Assembly: GCA_046483125.1 (NCBI GenBank)
Contig: JAWODU010000119.1
Coordinates: forward strand, 1,584-65,583
Reading direction: 5' to 3'
Source: Kiritimatiellia bacterium
GTDB taxonomy: Bacteria > Verrucomicrobiota > Kiritimatiellia > UBA8416 > JAWODU01
DNA length: 64,000 nucleotides
In this document: positions 38,769 through 48,991 of the stretch, in pieces
How positions within the stretch are numbered: the stretch's first letter is position 1
How the letters are laid out: each line of letters starts with the position of its first letter
The notes under the pieces: model-generated
Database searches by the model: none
Told to the model about the DNA's origin: nothing
Seen by the model: the letters and a program-made list of their open reading frames with translations, nothing else
Program-made: the position numbers and the translations under genes

Positions 38769-39114
38769 AGCGGCCGACTATAGCATAGCGCCCGCCGCAC
38801 TGAAACGGCGTTTTTGCCGCGGAACGCGTTATGAAATCAGGGGCACGACAATTGTAATTATGGCGTCAGACCTCCGCGACCTCGTGTCGCGGGTGGAGGA
38901 GATTTGGGAAAAACTCTGCCGTTTTCCCCAAATCTTTTGCTCCTGCCGCACCCGCCTTCGTCCGTCAGCCGACGGACTACGGCGGACAGGCAAGGCGGCA
39001 GGGGGCGGAAGCCAAAATGAGGATTTTTGAGGGAGACCCGTCCGGCCTTGACACCGGCACTCCCGTATGCGAATAATTCTTTTTGACGCTTACCGCCCCG
39101 AAAGGCAGGCAGAC

Positions 39115-39624
39115 ATGGCATTTCTCAAAGTAACATCGGGTCCGTCGAAAGGGAAAGACTTCAAGGTTGATCGTGACGAGGTCGTGATCGGCCGCAGTCA
39201 CGACAACGCTGTTCCCCTGGGCGATCCCTCCGTCTCCGGCCGGCACTGCGTAATCGAACGAAGCGGCAGAAAATATGTGCTCAGGGACCTCGACTCCACC
39301 AACGGCACTCTCCTGAACAACGTGCGAATTACAGAATACCGCCTCAGCCCGAAAGACGTGATTCGCGTGGGCGCCAACGAAATGATCTTCGACGGCAGTG
39401 ATATCGAACCGCCCGGAGATGACTCATCTCTTGATGAAACGCAGGTTACCGTAAAACTCCCGTCGGAAAGCGTCTCCAGCCAAACGCCGTCTCCACGTTT
39501 CGCCGCTCCCAAAGACAGCAGAATGAAATGGGTTATAATCCTCGCCGTACTGGGAGTTGTAACCCTGGCGGCTCTGGCGTGGTTTCTTGTCAGGCTTTTC
39601 GGAAGCTGGCCGCTCACAGATTAG
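39115..39624 (+). CDS. FHA-domain protein with C-terminal transmembrane helix
   Basis: VVIGRSHDNAVPLGDPSVSGRHCVI..STNGTLLNN is FHA. C-terminal WVIILAVLGVVTLAALAWFLV. Confidence 0.7.
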   Translation: MAFLKVTSGPSKGKDFKVDRDEVVIGRSHDNAVPLGDPSVSGRHCVIERSGRKYVLRDLDSTNGTLLNNVRITEYRLSPKDVIRVGANEMIFDGSDIEPPGDDSSLDETQVTVKLPSESVSSQTPSPRFAAPKDSRMKWVIILAVLGVVTLAALAWFLVRLFGSWPLTD

Positions 39625-39633
39625 GCCGCTGGA

Positions 39634-40626
39634 TCAAATTCTCAGTAATGCCGCCTCATCTTCCTTCGCTGACTCAACTTCCAGCGTATACATCCCGCGG
39701 GCGGATCTTACCCTGACCGACACCTTGTCCCCGGGCAGGCAATCGCTGTATCTGGCGCATATCGCCGCGCCCTCCGCTACATCGGACTCCCGCGCAGTAA
39801 AAGGAAGAAGTCCGGTCGGCCCCGGCGCACTTTCCACCTTGAGCAGGAGGTCATACAGTTCTGCAGTACCTTCAAGATAAATGTTTTCCGGCTCGTTTCT
39901 ACCCACTATCAACTTCAGTTTCTCGCCCAGCCGGAAGTGTCTTCCGACTCTCAAAAGGTCAATCGACCTTACTCCGTTCAACCCCTCATGAGTTTTCAAA
40001 TCCTCCAGCCGCCTGCAGAAATTGGGTTCAGTAAGCCTGCATCCTCCCGCCGGGGCCGGTATGTCCTTCAGCCCGAATTCTCCCGCAAGCTTGATCTGGC
40101 TTTTCCGGCCCCTGCCGCTCAATGAAAGCAGTTTTGCCCTGTCAATCAGGCCTTTTTCCTCCAGAGGAGTGGGAGGCAGAAGACCCGCGCTGAGAGGCCT
40201 GAGCAGTACGTCGCCGCAGGCAGACTCTCCGGCTATCAGTTCCAGGCTCTGCATGTTTTGAGACATCGGCCTTTCGTTAAGCACTTCGCCCGTAGCGATA
40301 AAGTCAAAACCGAGATCCACCCGCAATTCTTCCGCTCTTTTGAGCATGAGGATATGGCAGTCGATGCAGGGATTCATGCAGGAACCGAATCCGTGTTTCG
40401 GTTTCTCCAGAAGAGAAACGATATCGGCCGAGAAATTGACAATTTCAAGAGGAACGTCAAGCTGAACACCTGCGTCTTTCGCGGATTCAATATCGAAAAA
40501 CGGGCTGTCAAACACAACGCCGTGAACCACTATCCCCTGCTGTCTCAAGACGCATACGGCCAGTCTGCTGTCCAGCCCGCCCGAAAGAAGGACAAGCCCG
40601 CGCATCGGTTTGTCATGCTCCGTCAT
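39634..40626 (-). CDS. PP-loop ATP pyrophosphatase, ThiI-like tRNA sulfurtransferase without THUMP domain
   Basis: LLSGGLDS PP-loop. ATGEVLNERPMSQ..LRPL resembles ThiI ALVTGEALGQVSSQ..LRPL. Confidence 0.5.
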   Translation of the reverse strand: MTEHDKPMRGLVLLSGGLDSRLAVCVLRQQGIVVHGVVFDSPFFDIESAKDAGVQLDVPLEIVNFSADIVSLLEKPKHGFGSCMNPCIDCHILMLKRAEELRVDLGFDFIATGEVLNERPMSQNMQSLELIAGESACGDVLLRPLSAGLLPPTPLEEKGLIDRAKLLSLSGRGRKSQIKLAGEFGLKDIPAPAGGCRLTEPNFCRRLEDLKTHEGLNGVRSIDLLRVGRHFRLGEKLKLIVGRNEPENIYLEGTAELYDLLLKVESAPGPTGLLPFTARESDVAEGAAICARYSDCLPGDKVSVRVRSARGMYTLEVESAKEDEAALLRI

Positions 40627-40908
40627 CGCGGCTAAAAGATATATACTGAAAGCATGTTGGTAAAGCGTAAAAGAACAGTGCCCACAATGTCTCTACTGCT
40701 CTGCTCCCTTTGCATCGCGCCCGGCGGCGCTGGAGCCCGGAAAAGGTGACAGACCCCGGCTCACTGCGTGACGCGGGGGAGAAAGAGCTCAGAGAAACCA
40801 ACAGACGGGTGCGGGCGGCTTCCAGGCTCCCCCCGCTTGACGAGGGGGAGGCAAACTGATAGTCTTACTTGTTGTAGAACCCAAAGCTATACAGACAGGA
40901 GGCAGGAC

Positions 40909-42009
40909 ATGGCACTGATAAACTTCGGCGGCGTAAAAGAAAACGTCATCACCAGGAAAGAGTTCCCTCTCAGCAAGGCCCGCAGAATCCTGAAGAACGA
41001 GACCATTGCCGTTCTCGGCTACGGTGTGCAGGGCCCGGCCCAGTCGCTGAATATGCGCGACAACGGCTTTAAGGTAATAATCGGCCAGTCCAAAGCCTTC
41101 AAGAAGGACTGGAACCGCGCCAGAAACGACGGCTGGGTACCGGGGAAAACGCTTTTTGACCTCGAGGAAGCCGCCGAACGCGGAACCATTATTCAAATGC
41201 TGGTAACCGACGCGGCGCAGAGAATAATCTGGCCCAAAATAAAAAAGAAACTCAACCCTGGTGACGCCCTGTATTTTTCGCACGGCTTTTCCATAGTCTA
41301 CAGGAAACAGACCGGTGTCATACCTTCCGGGGACCTGGACGTCATTATGGCAGCTCCCAAAGGCTCCGGGACTTCCGTACGGCGAAATTTTCTTGCGGGA
41401 GCGGGTATCAACTCCAGTTACGCGGTTTTTCAGGACGCCACCGGCAACGCCGATGAAAGATGCAAGGCTATCGGAATAGCCATCGGTTCAGGGTATCTCT
41501 TCCCGACAACGTTCGAACACGAGGTCTATAGCGACCTGACAGGCGAACGCGGCGTTCTCATGGGAGCGCTGGCCGGTGTCATGGAAGCGCAGTACCAGGT
41601 ACTGAGGCGCCACGGACATTCTCCCAGCGAGGCCTTTAACGAAACGGTCGAAGAACTGACCCAGAGCCTCATCAGGCTCGTCGACGAAAACGGCATGGAC
41701 TGGATGTTCTCCAACTGTTCGGCAACGGCTCAGCGCGGCGCCCTTGACTGGAAATCGAAATTCAAAAAGGCGGTCCTTCCGGTCTTCAACACGCTCTACG
41801 AGTCCGTGAAATCGGGCAAAGAAACACGTCGCGTAATCACGGCCTGCGGTAAAAAGAACTACCAGCAGATGCTGGCGAACGAGCTGGATAAGATAGGTAA
41901 TTCGGAAATGTGGCGCGCCGGAAAAGCGGTGCGGGATCTCCGGCCGCACGCGAAAGCCAGGAAGATCACGAAATCCACAAAGGGAGTCAAGGGGCGCAAA
42001 TCACGCTGA
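40909..42009 (+). CDS. ilvC: Ketol-acid reductoisomerase with Lys-rich C-terminal tail
   Basis: AVLGYGVQGPAQSLNMRDNG Rossmann motif and KARI C-terminal knotted domain. Start at MALINFGG inside the longer ORF. Confidence 0.8.
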   Translation: MALINFGGVKENVITRKEFPLSKARRILKNETIAVLGYGVQGPAQSLNMRDNGFKVIIGQSKAFKKDWNRARNDGWVPGKTLFDLEEAAERGTIIQMLVTDAAQRIIWPKIKKKLNPGDALYFSHGFSIVYRKQTGVIPSGDLDVIMAAPKGSGTSVRRNFLAGAGINSSYAVFQDATGNADERCKAIGIAIGSGYLFPTTFEHEVYSDLTGERGVLMGALAGVMEAQYQVLRRHGHSPSEAFNETVEELTQSLIRLVDENGMDWMFSNCSATAQRGALDWKSKFKKAVLPVFNTLYESVKSGKETRRVITACGKKNYQQMLANELDKIGNSEMWRAGKAVRDLRPHAKARKITKSTKGVKGRKSR

Positions 42010-42022
42010 TCTGCCGTAACCC

Positions 42023-43108
42023 GTGAAGAAACAGATCCCTTTACTTCTTGCAGGTTCGGCGGTAATCACAGCGGCGGCGGCTCTTTTTTTCGTTCTGACA
42101 AGAACAACGGGGCCTCCGGCCGGAGACGTGCGGGAGGCGGAAAGTCTACCCGACACAAGCGTAGAACATGGCATATCGACAAACGGAACAGCAACGGCCG
42201 AACAACCGATTGAATCGACTCTGACGGAGGACCCGGCCGCTCTCGTTCTTGAACTACGTCGAAGTATTCTCTGGAACCGTCCCCGGCGCGTGAGGGCCGC
42301 CCGCGCCGCTCTACTGACTGTCGGAGATCAGGCCGTTCCCGAGCTGATAAACCTGCTCAATTCCGGCAACCCGGTATTGGAAACAGCCTCTTTCAATATA
42401 CTCATGGACATGGGAAGCGCCGCGGCCGTGGGCGCGGCTATCGGCAAAGCTCTGTCCATCCCGGAGGATGCCCGACATAAAGCGGATATTCTGGAGAGCT
42501 TCGCTTCCATTCGGGAAAAGCCCGTTGTCCGGCTTCTGATCGATATGCTGGGCCGCGAATCCGACGCGTCAGCCCGCGGCAGGATTATGGAAATCCTCTC
42601 GGTTATGCGCGGCCCCGCCGTGGTGGAAACGCTTGCAGCGTCGATCGAGGACCCCCGGAACAGCGAAGAGATCCGGAACAGCACAGCCGTACTGGCTACC
42701 CTGAGCCATACTTCCAACGTTCCGGCACTGGCCGATGCCATTCAAAGCTCAGGAGAGCCTACCGTATGGCGGGCATCCGCCGTTGCACTGGCAAATATCG
42801 GCAACCCCGAAGCATGCACGCGCCTTATCGAGTTTTCGGCCTATGAAGGTCTCTCGGAATACTGTCTGACGGCCCTTGCCACGGTGAGCTCTCCCCCGGC
42901 GCTTACGTTTCTGCTCGATGTTCTCGCCGACACGGAAAAGAGGCCGGAAGTCCGGTCAGCCGCCGCCCGCGCCCTCGGCAATTATCCCGAACGCCGGGCG
43001 GCGCTGGAACTGACGGTTCTGCTGGACGGCGAGGAAGATATTCGCGTCAGAGAAGCTATCGCGGAATCGCTCGACACAATAATCTCGAATCTGGACTACC
43101 AGCCCTGA
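42023..43108 (+). CDS. HEAT/PBS-lyase repeat protein with N-terminal TM
   Basis: Repeated (A/S)xxALxxIGxxxA HEAT-like units. Confidence 0.6.
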   Translation: MKKQIPLLLAGSAVITAAAALFFVLTRTTGPPAGDVREAESLPDTSVEHGISTNGTATAEQPIESTLTEDPAALVLELRRSILWNRPRRVRAARAALLTVGDQAVPELINLLNSGNPVLETASFNILMDMGSAAAVGAAIGKALSIPEDARHKADILESFASIREKPVVRLLIDMLGRESDASARGRIMEILSVMRGPAVVETLAASIEDPRNSEEIRNSTAVLATLSHTSNVPALADAIQSSGEPTVWRASAVALANIGNPEACTRLIEFSAYEGLSEYCLTALATVSSPPALTFLLDVLADTEKRPEVRSAAARALGNYPERRAALELTVLLDGEEDIRVREAIAESLDTIISNLDYQP

Positions 43109-43208
43109 AGGAGGCTATCCGGGAAAGAATCCGCCCCGGTTCCGCCGGGCACCGCCCCACTGCAAGTCTGCGCCGAATTCCTCAATGCGCACCTTTGCAT
43201 ATCTTCAG

Positions 43209-43262
43209 ACATGTTCTTATTTTACTTCACGATCGTGAAGTAAAATAAGAACATGTTTTTTC
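43209..43262 (+). terminator. Intrinsic terminator: perfect 24+24 bp AT-rich palindrome (ACATGTTCTTATTTTACTTCACGA|TCGTGAAGTAAAATAAGAACATGT) followed by TTTTTT
   Basis: Seen directly. The T-run is on the plus strand only, so it terminates the ilvC-HEAT transcript. Confidence 0.7.
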
Positions 43263-43420
43263 AACAAGCGCATATTAAACAAGCAAAAGCGAGGATAAAC
43301 GGCTCGCGGCATTGCCGGAATGCGCGGATTGTCCCGGGAATTATACGGGTTGACGCCGTTAATGGTGTTCGTCCGGCGACTTTCGGAGATAGCCACCTGC
43401 AGGAAAGCACCAATACTGGA

Positions 43421-43496
43421 TGGAGCCAACGGTCGGGATCGAACCGACGACCTGCTCATTACGAGTGAGCTGCTCTACCGACTGAGCTACGTTGGC
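43421..43496 (-). tRNA. tRNA-Thr (anticodon CGU)
   Basis: Minus-strand sequence GCCAACGTAGCTCAGTCGGTAGAGCAGCTCACTCGTAATGAGCAGGTCGTCGGTTCGATCCCGACCGTTGGCTCCA. Cloverleaf with 7 bp acceptor stem, GG in D-loop, TTCGATC T-loop, CUCGUAA anticodon loop and encoded CCA. Coordinates +/-1. Confidence 0.85.
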
Positions 43497-43519
43497 TTTG
43501 TCGACTGTTCTTCTTTTTA

Positions 43520-44665
43520 TTAGACGGGGCTGACGGGATCAACAGGATTTTTTATTGATCCGCCGGACTTCTTCTGTCCGATGCATTTCATCAGCAGTAT
43601 TTCCAGCACTGTCTCCGGAGGCACACTCGTTCTCACCAACTGCTCGTGCGCCTCAAGTGCAAGGTCCAGGCACGCTTCAAGCCTGCGCCGGGAAAACTTT
43701 TTAGCCTGCAATGCCAGCAAAAAGGTTCTGTAAGGATGAGTCTTTCGCGGATCCCTGTTCATTTGCGTCGAAAATCTTTCTTCCGCTTCAGGAGGGACGT
43801 CCCGCCATACTGCCGTGGATTTCCTGCCATTTCTTTTTCTTACGAGCCAGCCGTTGTCAAGGGCCTCCCGGTATATCAACAGTTCTCGGATCCTGTTTTC
43901 TATTGCGATAATCAGGCCTATGGGATTCTCCTTCTGGAAAATCAACTGACGAAGCACCCCGAGGGCGCTGACTGCATCGCGCTTCCCGAAGGCGTCGGCA
44001 AGATCCCAGGCCAGCGCGGAGCGCCCGGAAGAAGTAATCGCCCGAACGTCCTGTATTCCCGCCTCCCGGTCTTCCCCGACGAAAACTTTCATTTTTTCGA
44101 TTTCAGATGCAATAAAACGGCTGTCGGTACCAGTCTTTTCTACAAACGCGTTCAGCGCGTCCTCTCCGATCCTGAGGCCCGACTTCCTGAACATTTCCTT
44201 TGCCGTCGACATGGCCTGCTTCTCCGCCATATACGGCTTATCCGACACTGCGAACTCATACAGCTCTCCTGCGGCCTTGCACGCCTTGTAGATGCTCCAT
44301 CGTTTGTCCGCCCGAGGCGCCGTAATAACCAGCGCCTGGCCTCCGGGAAGGCCTTCCTTTATCAACAAAGCAATTTCGTTGACGCTTTCTTTCACCGCCG
44401 AGGACCTCCCGACGGTACTTTCGCTCAGAAAGCCCGCGTTCCTCAGCCAGACAGTTTTGCCTGACCCCAGAAAGCCGGGTGTTCGCAGGGCTTCAACGCA
44501 TCGGCCCAGGGCCTCCAGGGCTGTCTCCGTGTTCTCCGCTCTTCCCTCCACTATTTCCAGGCCGAAATCGCGGTCTTCAGGAGAGACCAGCGAATCAACT
44601 ATCTCCCTGCCCTTTCCGTCAGCGAGATACTCGTCCCCGACAATCAGATATACTCCGCTTTCCAA
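43520..44665 (-). CDS. holA: DNA polymerase III delta subunit
   Basis: MESGVYLIVGDEYLADGKGREI N-terminus typical of HolA. 381 aa. Confidence 0.7.
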   Translation of the reverse strand: MESGVYLIVGDEYLADGKGREIVDSLVSPEDRDFGLEIVEGRAENTETALEALGRCVEALRTPGFLGSGKTVWLRNAGFLSESTVGRSSAVKESVNEIALLIKEGLPGGQALVITAPRADKRWSIYKACKAAGELYEFAVSDKPYMAEKQAMSTAKEMFRKSGLRIGEDALNAFVEKTGTDSRFIASEIEKMKVFVGEDREAGIQDVRAITSSGRSALAWDLADAFGKRDAVSALGVLRQLIFQKENPIGLIIAIENRIRELLIYREALDNGWLVRKRNGRKSTAVWRDVPPEAEERFSTQMNRDPRKTHPYRTFLLALQAKKFSRRRLEACLDLALEAHEQLVRTSVPPETVLEILLMKCIGQKKSGGSIKNPVDPVSPV

Positions 44666-44835
44666 GCCGGATTCCTTTCTTTTCCGCTGATATTGTCAGA
44701 AACAGCGCTGAAATACCAATAAAATGCGCTTTTGCCGGCCCCTGACAAGCGCATTTTTGGCTGACAACCACCCGCCGGCGGGCGTATTATCTCTCCTGAT
44801 AACGAACGGGCCTGTCGGATTCATGACAGGCCCGG

Positions 44836-46497
44836 TTGCATGTCAAAGGAAATGATTCGCCGATCATGAATCGCATGGTATCAAAATCAAGGGCCAGGAA
44901 AACAAGGTCGCGCGACAGAAAGGCGCGGGAACGGAAGACAGGGAACAGCCGGTCCCTCGAGGCAAACCCCCTCCTGGGCCTGTCTATAGCCTTTCTACTG
45001 TGGGCCGCTGCGACTTTTATCCTGGAAATTGAAAACATAGTCGGCGGTTATGCCGACCCGGCTTCGGTTTTCAATATGACCGGCAACAGCGCTTTTCTGC
45101 TCGTGGGCCTTTTCGCAGCCGGCCTGTTCCTGAATATTGCGAGCCCGAAGGTGATCCGGCAGAATTCAAGATTGCTCCTGCTGGGCCTGGTAACGATTAT
45201 AGCGGTAACGGCCTCCAAAGCACTGTATTCCCTGGCCGGCAAATACGAGTTCATGCCCTGGGAAGTAGCGCTTTTCCTTCTGCCCCTGGCGCTGGCGCCG
45301 CTTCTGACCACAATACTTGTCGGCAGTAATGCGGGAATCGGCGTGGGCGTCTGGACCAGCTTTGCAGTCGCAATTATGGACGGACGGAATTTTTCCCTTT
45401 TCCTTGTCGGCATTGTGGCGACCGCCGTAGCCGCGCAAACGGGCAGAGACGTGCGCACAAGATACAGGGTCTTCAGAACGGGATTGGTAATAGGCCTGGC
45501 GGAGACCACCTGCCTGTTGGGACTCACCGCGCTGGGGTGGCAGACCGTCGATATTCTGACCGTGCTGAGGCAGGCAGGCGCCTGTCTTGTCGGCGGCTTT
45601 TTCTCGGCAGTCGTCGTACTTCTGATACTTCCGCTTTTTGAAATGCTGTTCAACATTACAACGGACATAACCCTTCTGGAGCTGTCGGATATGGGCCATC
45701 CTCTACTGCAGAGACTGGCAATGGAAGCTCCCGGCACTTATCACCACAGTCTTGTCGTGGCCAGCCTCGCACAGTCCGCGGCCGATACGATAGGAGCCAA
45801 TTCCCTTCTCGCCAGAGTAGCGGCTTATTTTCATGACGTCGGCAAGTTGACCAAACCCGATTTTTTCGTCGAAAACATACGGCGAAAAATCAACCCCCAC
45901 GACTCTCTGCCGCCCAGCATGAGCACCCTCGTTATTACTTCTCACGTGAAGGAGGGAATGAGCCTCGCCATTCTGCACAAACTTCCGGCCCCGGTAGTCA
46001 GGGTACTGAGGGAACATCACGGCACCAGCCTGCTTTCCTGTTTCCATCACAAGGCCAGGAACCAGCTTGAACTGGACCTGGCAGGCCGGGAATCCCGGCA
46101 GGAAGAGGCTAAGGCTAAAGTGGATGAAAACGATTTCCGTTATCCCGGGCCGAAGCCGATCAGCCGTGAATCGGGCATCATATGCCTTGCCGACGCCGTG
46201 GAAGCCGCTTCAAGAACCATGGAGAAACCTACCCCGAATCACATCGAGGAACTTGTGGATGAGATCACGAATACGCGTTTCGAAGACGGCCAGCTCGACG
46301 AATGCGAACTCACCCTGTCAGAGATCACGAAAGTCAGGAAATCCTTTGTTTTTACTCTTACCAACATGCTGCACGGCCGCGTGCCGTACCCGAAAAATGA
46401 AGATAGAAATAAACAACAGCCAAAAAATACGCAATCCCGACCTGCGCCGGACGCACGGCCTCCTGCGCCTGCTGATGCGCAAGGTAACCCAGGCTGA
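44836..46497 (+). CDS. 7TM-receptor-with-HD-domain phosphohydrolase (PgpH/YqfF-like)
   Basis: Multi-TM N-terminus plus HD domain (YFHDVGKL..HH). Lies immediately upstream of and overlapping ybeY, as in phoH-yqfF-ybeY operons. Confidence 0.6.
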   Translation: MHVKGNDSPIMNRMVSKSRARKTRSRDRKARERKTGNSRSLEANPLLGLSIAFLLWAAATFILEIENIVGGYADPASVFNMTGNSAFLLVGLFAAGLFLNIASPKVIRQNSRLLLLGLVTIIAVTASKALYSLAGKYEFMPWEVALFLLPLALAPLLTTILVGSNAGIGVGVWTSFAVAIMDGRNFSLFLVGIVATAVAAQTGRDVRTRYRVFRTGLVIGLAETTCLLGLTALGWQTVDILTVLRQAGACLVGGFFSAVVVLLILPLFEMLFNITTDITLLELSDMGHPLLQRLAMEAPGTYHHSLVVASLAQSAADTIGANSLLARVAAYFHDVGKLTKPDFFVENIRRKINPHDSLPPSMSTLVITSHVKEGMSLAILHKLPAPVVRVLREHHGTSLLSCFHHKARNQLELDLAGRESRQEEAKAKVDENDFRYPGPKPISRESGIICLADAVEAASRTMEKPTPNHIEELVDEITNTRFEDGQLDECELTLSEITKVRKSFVFTLTNMLHGRVPYPKNEDRNKQQPKNTQSRPAPDARPPAPADAQGNPG

Positions 46498-46867
46498 TTC
46501 CTCGACACGGTGGGGCGAAATTTCCGTACTGCTTACCGATAATGAAGGAATTTGCGCGCTGAACCGGGACCGGCTGGGACGCAACGAGACGACGGACGTC
46601 CTTGCATTCCGATACCGTCCCATGCCCGGAGAAAACGGCCTCAAGAGCGCGGACATAGCGGTAAACGTCGAAAGAGCGGTGGAAGTCGCATCGGCATGTT
46701 CCGATTCAACCGCCGGAAGAGAACTGGCCCTGTATCTGGCGCACGCCTGCGATCACCTGCTCGAAAGCGACGACGATGCCGCCCCGGCGGGACGCAGACG
46801 AATGAGACGCCGTGAACTCCAATGGCTCAGGGAAGCCGGAGAATCACTGGCGAATAATCTCATATAG
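46397..46867 (+). CDS. ybeY: rRNA maturation endoribonuclease YbeY
   Basis: 157 aa with an HAxDHLLxxDD-type zinc motif in a slightly degenerate form. Start at MKIEINNSQ inside the longer ORF. Confidence 0.7.
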   Translation: MKIEINNSQKIRNPDLRRTHGLLRLLMRKVTQADSSTRWGEISVLLTDNEGICALNRDRLGRNETTDVLAFRYRPMPGENGLKSADIAVNVERAVEVASACSDSTAGRELALYLAHACDHLLESDDDAAPAGRRRMRRRELQWLREAGESLANNLI

Positions 46868-46891
46868 CGGCCGATCTCAAGCCAGAGAACC

Positions 46892-47728
46892 ATGATAGAA
46901 AAAACCGAGGCCATAGTACTCAGAACCGCGCCGTTTTCCAATACGTCGCGAATAGTCACCTGGCTCACTCCGGCCTTCGGGAAAGTTACAACAATTCTCA
47001 AGGGGGCCTGTCGTCCGAAAAGCCTTTTCCTCGGGCAGTACGATCTTTTCTACACGTGCGAACTTCTATTTTACTCCCGTGACAGGAACGGCATCCACGT
47101 ATGCAGGGAATGCTCGCCCATATCCGCCCGTCCGTCCCTGCGCCGCAACTGGAAATCCGCCTTTCTCGCGTCTTATGCCTGCGGGCTGACCGAACAGACG
47201 GTCACTGAAAAAGAACCCCATCCCGCCATATATCGCCACCTCTCTTCCGCTCTGGACTGTCTTGCTGAAAGACCCGAACGGCTCTTTATTCCATGGTTCG
47301 AAACGGGCCTGATGAGACTGGCCGGGGTAGGACCTCAACTTGGCCGATGCGCCGTCTGCGGTTCGGACACAGCCCCCGATCTCAACCGGATGTATAACTT
47401 TTCCTTTTCCAGGGGAGGCATTCTGTGCCGGGACTGCGCCGCCCGCGACCGCATGCGCGCCGAGGGCTTTGCTCTCGCGGGCACACGCAAATCCGAGCCG
47501 CGACCGCCCGGATCGACGCTTATTCCGGCCCCGATCCTCAATCTGCTCAGAAACCGGCTCACTGCGGCCACCCCGGCGCTGTATTCCATTCCCCGCGGGT
47601 ACGAAAAGTCTGCGTTTGACTTCACGCGCAGATTCGGTATGTTTCTTGCGTATCATCTGGGCTTAAGGGTCAGAGGACGCGAATTCGCGCTTCAAATCTG
47701 CAACACCCTGAAAAACCCTCGAAACTGA
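46892..47728 (+). CDS. recO: DNA repair protein RecO
   Basis: OB-fold N-terminus and Cys4 zinc motif (CAVCGS..CRDC). Confidence 0.85.
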   Translation: MIEKTEAIVLRTAPFSNTSRIVTWLTPAFGKVTTILKGACRPKSLFLGQYDLFYTCELLFYSRDRNGIHVCRECSPISARPSLRRNWKSAFLASYACGLTEQTVTEKEPHPAIYRHLSSALDCLAERPERLFIPWFETGLMRLAGVGPQLGRCAVCGSDTAPDLNRMYNFSFSRGGILCRDCAARDRMRAEGFALAGTRKSEPRPPGSTLIPAPILNLLRNRLTAATPALYSIPRGYEKSAFDFTRRFGMFLAYHLGLRVRGREFALQICNTLKNPRN

Positions 47729-47761
47729 TATAAACTCTAAACAGAGAAAAGGACACTAATT

Positions 47762-48880
47762 ATGCAGAAGATCAGCACTGCTACAGGTAACTCAACATCC
47801 ATTTTCAAGAAGCTCACAGGACTCATGGCGCTCGCCCTGGCGCTGGCGATGACTTCCTGCGGCGGCAGCGAGAAGCCGGAAGAGGAATTCGAAGCAGGTT
47901 TTGAACCTTCGCCCGTCCGCGAGACGGAGTTCGAGCCCGCCGCAGAAACCATTGCCCCGCCGACTGTAAACATCGAACAGCCGCCCTCTACGGCCATGGT
48001 TGTGCGCGTCGAGGACAAGATACTCACCGAGGCGGAACTGGCCTCACAGATAAACCGGGTTATGACACAACTTACCCCCGGGAGAGAAATGACCGAAGCG
48101 CAGAAACAGCAGGCCCGCCGCAATCTCAGGACACGTGTGATAGAGGATTTTGTTAATCACACGCTGGTTAAGGAGGAAATGGAAAAACGCGATATCCTGG
48201 TAACCGGAGAGGAAATAGAGAAAGAACTCAAGAACCTTGAATCGCAACTGCCGGAAGGAGTAACCCTCGATGAGCTGCTCGCCCAGCGCGGCATGAGCCG
48301 GGATGAGATGGGTGAAATGGTAAGATCAAAGCTTTCCCTGGATAAGCTCATCCGGCAATACGCCGCAAACGGCATAGAGATTACCGAAGACGAGATTAAC
48401 TCCTACTACGAGAAGAACAAAGAAAATCTCAGCCTGCCCGAGACGGTGCACGCCAGGCATATACTGATTTCCTCAGCCGAAGACGACAGCGAAGCCGAAA
48501 AAGCCGCGAAGAAGGAAAAAGCCGCCGAGATACGGGAAAAGCTGGCTGAAGGCGCCGATTTCGCCGAAATGGCGGAGAAACATTCGGACTGTCCCACGGG
48601 ACAGAGAAGCGGAGGAGATCTCGGCACCTTCCCCCGCGAACGCATGGTCGAGAGTTTTTCCAACGCCGCCTTCAGCCAGGAAACAGGCGATATCGGACCG
48701 GTCGTGGGCACGAAGTACGGCTACCATATAATCCAGGTACTGGAACACAACAAGCCCGGGCTGGTGCCGAGGGACAAGGTAACGGCAAGGCTCAATATAC
48801 AGAAGCGCGAAAAACTCCTTTCCTCAATGCTGTCCGAACTCAAGAGCAGGGCCGATATAGAGTACGCGCGCGACCGGTGA
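47762..48880 (+). CDS. Parvulin-type peptidyl-prolyl cis-trans isomerase (PrsA/SurA-like), probably exported
   Basis: PpiC domain (HILIS..ADFAEMAEKHSDCPTGQRSGGDLG..GYHIIQV) plus N-terminal signal sequence. Confidence 0.75.
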   Translation: MQKISTATGNSTSIFKKLTGLMALALALAMTSCGGSEKPEEEFEAGFEPSPVRETEFEPAAETIAPPTVNIEQPPSTAMVVRVEDKILTEAELASQINRVMTQLTPGREMTEAQKQQARRNLRTRVIEDFVNHTLVKEEMEKRDILVTGEEIEKELKNLESQLPEGVTLDELLAQRGMSRDEMGEMVRSKLSLDKLIRQYAANGIEITEDEINSYYEKNKENLSLPETVHARHILISSAEDDSEAEKAAKKEKAAEIREKLAEGADFAEMAEKHSDCPTGQRSGGDLGTFPRERMVESFSNAAFSQETGDIGPVVGTKYGYHIIQVLEHNKPGLVPRDKVTARLNIQKREKLLSSMLSELKSRADIEYARDR

Positions 48881-48890
48881 ACGGATCTTC

Positions 48891-48915
48891 GCCGATCGGG
48901 GGATCGGCTCCTACA
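48891..48915. repeat. REP-like palindrome GCCGATCGGGGGATCGGC + TCCTACA (Family C)
   Basis: Seen directly, in the convergent spacer after the PPIase gene. Other copies at 58080..58105 and (inverted) 61967..61992. Confidence 0.8.
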
Positions 48916-48991
48916 ACGTCCCGATGTTACGGGCACTGCGGGCTGATTACGCCGAAGGGATACTGGACGCGGCTTGGCCGATACGGACAGG

